From assembly GCA_963708075.1 (NCBI GenBank), contig OY970194.1:2304001-2368000 (forward strand): a DNA stretch of 64,000 nucleotides, in the 5' to 3' direction. The notes beneath the pieces are model-generated. The model ran no database searches and was not told the DNA's origin. It saw only the letters and a program-made list of their open reading frames with translations. Position numbers and translations under genes: made by a program. The DNA is from Sedimentisphaerales bacterium (GTDB taxonomy: Bacteria; Planctomycetota; Phycisphaerae; Sedimentisphaerales; Anaerobacaceae). This document shows, one piece after another, positions 58,867 through 64,000 of the stretch. Within the stretch, counting starts at the first letter, position 1. The number at the start of each line of letters is the position of its first letter.

Positions 58867-60315
58867 ATGGCGAACGACATGGAGCAGGTCTACCAGGAGC
58901 GGTTGAAGCGGTACATCACGGCGATGCGGAACGAGAAGCCGGACATGATCCCGATCCGGCCGTTTGTCGCCGAGTTCACGGCCAGGTACGCCGGCTATAC
59001 GTGCCAGGATGTGGCCCACGATTATAACCGGGCCTTCGAAGCGGCCATCAAGACCGCTAAGGACTTCCAGTGGGACGCTGTCGTGCCGAACATGGTCTAT
59101 GTCTGGACGGGTCTGGCCCAAGCAGCGGGGCTTCGCTACTACGGCATCCCGGGCATCGGCATCCCGCACACAGTCGGGTTCAACTACATCGAGCCGCCTG
59201 AGGACAAGGCGTTCATGCAGCCGGACGAATACGACGCCCTGATCGACGACCCCACGGGCTTCCTCTACAACACCTGGCTGCCCCGCGTCTCGACGGAAGT
59301 CAGCAAGATCGGCGAGGGCTCGACCTATCGCAATAATCTGGCGTTGGTCAAGAGCGCGATGGCCATGCTGCAATACTTCTATGCCTTTGGGCCTCAGGTC
59401 GGCCGGCTGCGATCTGAGTGCGGCACGGCGTCCGCCATCGCGGGCATCTTCAAGGCCCCCTTCGACATCCTTGCCGATAAGCTGCGAGGGTACGTGGGCC
59501 TGACGATGGACATGCATACGCAGCCGAAGAAGGTGCTCAAGGCCTGCGAGGCGCTCATGCCGCACCTCGTCAACGTGGGCCTGACCACGGCGGACCCCTG
59601 CAAGCAGGTACCCATCGGCTATTGGATGCATCGCGGCTGCGTGCCGTTCGTCAATCCCAAGCAGTTCGAGTCCCACTACTGGCCCACACTCAAGCCCTGC
59701 ATCGAGGAGTTTTGGAAGAACGGCCACCAGACGCTCTTCTACGCCGAGGGTCGGTGGAAGTACCACTTCGACACGTTCCGCGAGCTGCCCGACCGCAGCA
59801 TCGTCTTCCACTGTGACCAAGACGACATCTTCGAGGTCCATTGCAAGCTGCACGACAAGTTCGCCATCAGCGGCGGCATCCCGAACGTCATGCTGAGCTG
59901 GGGCAAGCCCGAGGAGGTGCGCGAGTTCGTTCTGCGAGTCATCAAGGAAGTGGCGAAAGACGGCGGCTACATCATGGACGCCGGGGCGATCATGCAGGAC
60001 GACACCAACGTCGAGAACATGAAGGTGATGACGCAGGTCTGCCGCGAGCACGGGGTGTATGCGTCCGGCAGCTACAAGACACCCACGGATACGGCGCCTG
60101 CCGATCTGCCGTCGTCCGTCGAGTCCCGCAAGAAAGTCAAAGGCATGGCCGGCCGGAAGGCGCCAAAGGTGAAACCGGGCACGTGCTTCCCCTGGGAGCA
60201 GCGAGCGAAAGACCTGCCGCAAATCACCGGCGACAAGGACATGGTTCGCAACGTCTGGGAGAGCATCGACGCATTGGGCAACATGTACATCTGGCAGATG
60301 CTCTTGTCGTTCTAA
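58867..60315 (+). CDS. Uroporphyrinogen decarboxylase / MtaA-CmuA family protein
   Basis: PFD.LAD.LRG, F...YWP.LK, GGIP..ML..G.PEEV, DGGYIMD; GGAG RBS. Confidence 0.8.
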   Translation: MANDMEQVYQERLKRYITAMRNEKPDMIPIRPFVAEFTARYAGYTCQDVAHDYNRAFEAAIKTAKDFQWDAVVPNMVYVWTGLAQAAGLRYYGIPGIGIPHTVGFNYIEPPEDKAFMQPDEYDALIDDPTGFLYNTWLPRVSTEVSKIGEGSTYRNNLALVKSAMAMLQYFYAFGPQVGRLRSECGTASAIAGIFKAPFDILADKLRGYVGLTMDMHTQPKKVLKACEALMPHLVNVGLTTADPCKQVPIGYWMHRGCVPFVNPKQFESHYWPTLKPCIEEFWKNGHQTLFYAEGRWKYHFDTFRELPDRSIVFHCDQDDIFEVHCKLHDKFAISGGIPNVMLSWGKPEEVREFVLRVIKEVAKDGGYIMDAGAIMQDDTNVENMKVMTQVCREHGVYASGSYKTPTDTAPADLPSSVESRKKVKGMAGRKAPKVKPGTCFPWEQRAKDLPQITGDKDMVRNVWESIDALGNMYIWQMLLSF

Positions 60316-60365
60316 TACGTGGCAATATGGATTTGCCTATGAGCCTCCGACAGAGAGAGCCAAAC

Positions 60366-60442
60366 TATGTCACCTCCGCGCAGGCGGGGGTCCAGGAACG
60401 CTCGGTGCGCGGGTGGATTCCCGCCTTCGCGGGAATGACATA
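60366..60442. repeat. REP-like palindrome, family B
   Basis: TATGTCACCTCCGCGCAGGCGGGGGTCCA...TGGATTCCCGCCTTCGCGGGAATGACATA; homologous to 8264-8338. Confidence 0.85.
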
Positions 60443-60494
60443 CGGGTAGCCTTGTCATGTTTCCTTCTACTGGAGGTTCGATGGAGATTGGCGA

Positions 60495-61433
60495 ATGACG
60501 AGAAACGCAGGGATTGATCGGCGTCGCTTCCTCGGCTCGACAGCGACAGGACTGCTCGCGGCCGTCACGGGGGCCTTCCTCGGCACAAGCTGTCGAAGCA
60601 CACAGAGCCGCAGTTCAGCGGCCGGGAGAAAAGTGATCGTGGGCGGCCATCCGTGGGTTTATGCGGCCACCCAGCCAAAGTACGACATCTATCCGATTCT
60701 CGACCAGATCTTCGCTGACATGAGCTATGCCGGTTTGGACGGGATCGAGCTGATGCACACGGCTCTGCGCCCGGACGACTCGGTCGAGCATATCCGCGAA
60801 CTATCGCGCAAGTACGCGCTGCCGGTCATCGGCACCTCCTTCGGCGGCGACATGTGGGACCGCCGGCAGCACGAGGCGATCTTCGATGACGCCGATCTCG
60901 TGGTGAATCGCCTGGCTCGGCTGGGCGGGTGGACCTTCGGGGTTTCCGTGGGCAGGACGCCGCAGCCCAAGACCGAGGAACAGTTGGACGCGCAGGCAGA
61001 GCTGTTGCGTGGAATCATCGCGCTGTGCCGGAGTCGTGGTGTCGTGCTGAACCTGCACAACCACACATACGAAGTCGAAAACGGCATGCACGATCTGAAG
61101 GGGACGCTCTCGCGGATTCCGGAGGTCAAGCTGGGGCCCGATCTGAACTGGCTCGTGCGGGGCGGCGTGGCCCCCGTGACATTCATCCAGACCTTCGGTG
61201 ACAAGATCGTGTTCCTGCACATCCGCGACCAGAACGCCGATGGAACATGGTCGGAGGCGGTGGGCGAGGGAGCCATGGACCACGTGGCCATCGGCAAGGC
61301 TCTGCGAGCAGCCAACTTCTCCGGAGACGCCGTCATTGAGTTGGCGCACGAGCGAGATTTCAGGCTCACTCGGCCGCTGCGCGAAAGCCTCAAGATGAGT
61401 CGGGCCTACGTCAGACAGACGCTCGGGTGTTAA
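60495..61433 (+). CDS. Tat-exported sugar phosphate isomerase/epimerase (AP-endonuclease-2 TIM barrel)
   Basis: RRRFL Tat motif; GIEL, LHNH..E, D..W, H.RD, G.G..D, IE. Confidence 0.85.
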   Translation: MTRNAGIDRRRFLGSTATGLLAAVTGAFLGTSCRSTQSRSSAAGRKVIVGGHPWVYAATQPKYDIYPILDQIFADMSYAGLDGIELMHTALRPDDSVEHIRELSRKYALPVIGTSFGGDMWDRRQHEAIFDDADLVVNRLARLGGWTFGVSVGRTPQPKTEEQLDAQAELLRGIIALCRSRGVVLNLHNHTYEVENGMHDLKGTLSRIPEVKLGPDLNWLVRGGVAPVTFIQTFGDKIVFLHIRDQNADGTWSEAVGEGAMDHVAIGKALRAANFSGDAVIELAHERDFRLTRPLRESLKMSRAYVRQTLGC

Positions 61434-61463
61434 TCTCGTTACGGAGACAAAGGGGAGCCACAC

Positions 61464-62762
61464 ATGCATAGAACGAATTTGACGCGACGGGGTTTCCTCA
61501 AGCGCACGGCCGCTGCCGGCGCCGGCATCGCCCTGCCCTACCTGGTCCGCCCCTCGGCGCTGGGCAAGGCCGGGACCGTCGCCGCAAGCGAGCGCATCAC
61601 AGTAGGCTTCATCGGCACCGGCGGCCACGGGATCGACATGAATCTCAGGAGCTTCCTCGCACAGCCGGACGCTCAGGCCGTCGCCGTGTGTGACGTTGAT
61701 CCTGTGAATCTCAAGAAGGCCTGCGATATCGTCTGTCAAAAGTACGGGAACAAAGACTGCGCCACGTATAAGGATTTCCGCGAGGTTCTCGCCCGCGGTG
61801 ATATCGACGCCGTGATGATTTCCACGCCCGACCACTGGCACGTGCCGATCTCCATCGCCGCCGCCAGGGCGGGCAAAGACGTTGAATGCGAGAAGCCCAC
61901 GCTGACTATCAAGCAGGGCCGGCAGCTCGTCGAGACGATGAAACGCTACAACCGCGTCTTTCAGTGGTCCACAGAGGACCGCGCTGTCGATGTCTATCAT
62001 CGCATGTGCGAGCTGGTCCGTAATGGTCGCATTGGCAAGGTCCACACGATCAAGGTGGAGCTACCCGGCGGCCCCGCCGAGCCGGGCAATCCTCAGCCGA
62101 TGCCCGTGCCGGAGGGGTTCGACTATGACATGTGGCTCGGACCGGCTCCCTGGGCCCCGTATACGAAGGACCGATGTCACTGGAACTTCCGCTGGATTCT
62201 TGACTATTCCGGCGGCATGTTGACCGACTGGGGCGCGCATCTGCTGGACGGCGTCCAGTGGGGCAACAACACCGAGCACACCGGTCCCGTGGAGGTTGAA
62301 GGCAAGGGCGTATTCTGGAATGAAGGGCTGTACAATACGGCCAAGGAGTTCCACATCGAATACACGTACGCCAACGGCGTGAAGCTCTTCGTCGATTCCG
62401 GTACGCCGAGCCTGCGGTTCGAGGGCTCCGACGGCTGGATTGGCAATCGCGGCTGGCGGGCCCCCCTGCAGGCCCAACCCGCCTCCATTCTCGATTCCGT
62501 GATCGGGCCGAACGAGATTCACCTGTACACCTGCCCGCAGGGCGAGCAACGCAATTTCCTCGACTGCGTCAAATCGCGGCAGGAGTGCTACTTCCCGCCG
62601 GAGATCGGGCAACGATGCTTCACGATTGCGCACATCGGCAATATCGCCATGCTCCTCGGCAGGAAGCTCAAGTGGGACCCTGATAAAGAGCGATTCGTGA
62701 ACGACGACGAAGCCAACCGTATGCTGGGCCGGGCCATGCGAAGCCCCTGGCATCTGCTGTGA
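61464..62762 (+). CDS. Tat-exported Gfo/Idh/MocA oxidoreductase
   Basis: TRRGFLK; IG.GG.G, TPDHWH, CEKP, WLGPAP, DWG.H..D. Confidence 0.93.
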   Translation: MHRTNLTRRGFLKRTAAAGAGIALPYLVRPSALGKAGTVAASERITVGFIGTGGHGIDMNLRSFLAQPDAQAVAVCDVDPVNLKKACDIVCQKYGNKDCATYKDFREVLARGDIDAVMISTPDHWHVPISIAAARAGKDVECEKPTLTIKQGRQLVETMKRYNRVFQWSTEDRAVDVYHRMCELVRNGRIGKVHTIKVELPGGPAEPGNPQPMPVPEGFDYDMWLGPAPWAPYTKDRCHWNFRWILDYSGGMLTDWGAHLLDGVQWGNNTEHTGPVEVEGKGVFWNEGLYNTAKEFHIEYTYANGVKLFVDSGTPSLRFEGSDGWIGNRGWRAPLQAQPASILDSVIGPNEIHLYTCPQGEQRNFLDCVKSRQECYFPPEIGQRCFTIAHIGNIAMLLGRKLKWDPDKERFVNDDEANRMLGRAMRSPWHLL

Positions 62763-62790
62763 CCGAGAAGGACGTGTGAGGGTAAATGCA

Positions 62791-64000
62791 ATGACAAGAC
62801 ATAGCCGGACAATCGCCGTGGTCGCCGTGCTGTCCATCTGCAGCGGCGCCATGAGCAAGGATTGCAGCGAGTGCCATAAGCTCCAGCTTACGGGCAAGGA
62901 CTTCTCCACGTGGCGAGCGGATACCGCCCAGTGGCAAATCGTCGGCGGCGCTCACCTGAACTCAGCCGATGAGAAAGCCCTGTTGGCCGAGCCAGGCACG
63001 GACGCGATTCTCAATGGTCCAGCGGGTCGCACCGCGAATCTGTTCAGCAAGCAAGAGTTCGGCGATGTCCGCGCCCATGTCGAGTTCATGGTTTCGAAGG
63101 ACTCGAATTCCGGCGTGTACTTGATGGGCCGCTACGAAGTGCAGATCTTTGACAGTTTCCAGAAGCAGCCGGAATACCCGGGCATCGAGTGTGGCGGGAT
63201 CTACCAGCGATGGGATGAGAGCAGGAATCCCAAAGGCTTCGAGGGCCACTCGGTCCGTGTGAATGCCTCGAAGCCATCGGGCCAGTGGCAAACGTTTGAC
63301 ATCGTCTTCCGAGCGCCTCGCTTCGACAAGAACGGCCGCAAGATCGCCAACGCCCGCTTCGAGAAGGTTGTGCACAACGGCGTCCTCGTCCACAGCGACA
63401 TTGAGCTGACCGGGCCGACGCGGGCCGGCGCATACGACGACGAGAAGCCTGCGGGACCACTGATGCTCCAGGGCGACCACGGCCCTGTCGCTTATCGCAA
63501 CCTCTGGATGGCGCCGGCCGGGCCGAACCCGTTCTTCGCCATGGACACCGCCACCAAGGATGACAAGCACAGGACGGCGGCCGAACAGGCGCAGATGCTC
63601 AAAGAACTCGCCTATCCGGGCATCGGCATCGGGTACGCGGGGACCGATTCGCTCGCAGAAACGCTCAAAGAGCTCGACCAGCGGAACTTGCAGCTTTTCG
63701 CCGTCTATACCGGCATCAACGTCGATCCGGGAGCGCAGCCCTACGATCCTTCTCTGAAGGAGGCACTGAAGCTCCTCGACGGGCGAAATGTGATCCTGTG
63801 GCTGTTTGCACAGAGTCAGACGCAGAAACCTTCTGCGGTAGAGGGCGACGCGCGAGCTGTGGAGATCATCCGCGAGTTGGCGGATGCGGCCGCCGCACAC
63901 AAGGTCCGCATCTCGCTGTATCATCACAACGCCTTCTGGCTCGAGACGATTCAGGATGCCATGCGGATCGCGGACAAGGTCGATCGCCCGAACGTGGGCG
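62791..64000 (+). CDS. DUF1080 (3-keto-disaccharide hydrolase-like) fused to a TIM-barrel sugar isomerase domain (partial, runs off right edge)
   Basis: Translated by hand from ATG 62791: signal peptide, FGD...HVEF.....NSGVYLMGRYEVQI.DS, GQWQTFDIVF.APRF, GPLMLQGDHGPV.YRNLW; then PFFAMDT...LYHH..FW...DA......VDRPNVG. Confidence 0.85.
   Translation, partial: MTRHSRTIAVVAVLSICSGAMSKDCSECHKLQLTGKDFSTWRADTAQWQIVGGAHLNSADEKALLAEPGTDAILNGPAGRTANLFSKQEFGDVRAHVEFMVSKDSNSGVYLMGRYEVQIFDSFQKQPEYPGIECGGIYQRWDESRNPKGFEGHSVRVNASKPSGQWQTFDIVFRAPRFDKNGRKIANARFEKVVHNGVLVHSDIELTGPTRAGAYDDEKPAGPLMLQGDHGPVAYRNLWMAPAGPNPFFAMDTATKDDKHRTAAEQAQMLKELAYPGIGIGYAGTDSLAETLKELDQRNLQLFAVYTGINVDPGAQPYDPSLKEALKLLDGRNVILWLFAQSQTQKPSAVEGDARAVEIIRELADAAAAHKVRISLYHHNAFWLETIQDAMRIADKVDRPNVG

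Overview
GC-rich (about 60-65% by eye) chromosomal window, most likely from an anaerobic planctomycete (Phycisphaerae/Sedimentisphaerales-like). That assignment rests on an ECF sigma/Ser-Thr kinase-WD40 pair, lamin-tail/CotH proteins, an HzsA-like protein, a sulfatase and many Tat-exported sugar enzymes. Housekeeping content: queC/queE/queF, lpxD/lpxI/GT9, aspartate kinase, pyrK/pyrD, tRNA-Leu(GAG) and tRNA-Lys(TTT). Much of the rest is carbohydrate catabolism. I found no integrase, transposase, cas gene or rRNA. Most notable: (1) a hypothetical gene (35557-37011, minus) whose 3' half is an array of a conserved ~16-nt DNA motif (TTGGCTTTGTTTCGCA, 9 copies, read in different frames) interleaved with fragments of the genome's own palindromic and heptamer repeats, and a related motif brackets a free-standing palindromic element at 19205-19363; (2) five +1 frameshifts, all at GAGACC/GGTCTC sites, suggesting methylation-induced sequencing errors and hence an Eco31I/BsaI-like methylome; (3) a ~200-nt rod-like ncRNA candidate between queC and queF; (4) short tandem repeats at every junction of galK-pyrK-pyrD-sulfatase; (5) Tat-exported DegT aminotransferases and a probable periplasmic keto-glycoside pathway.
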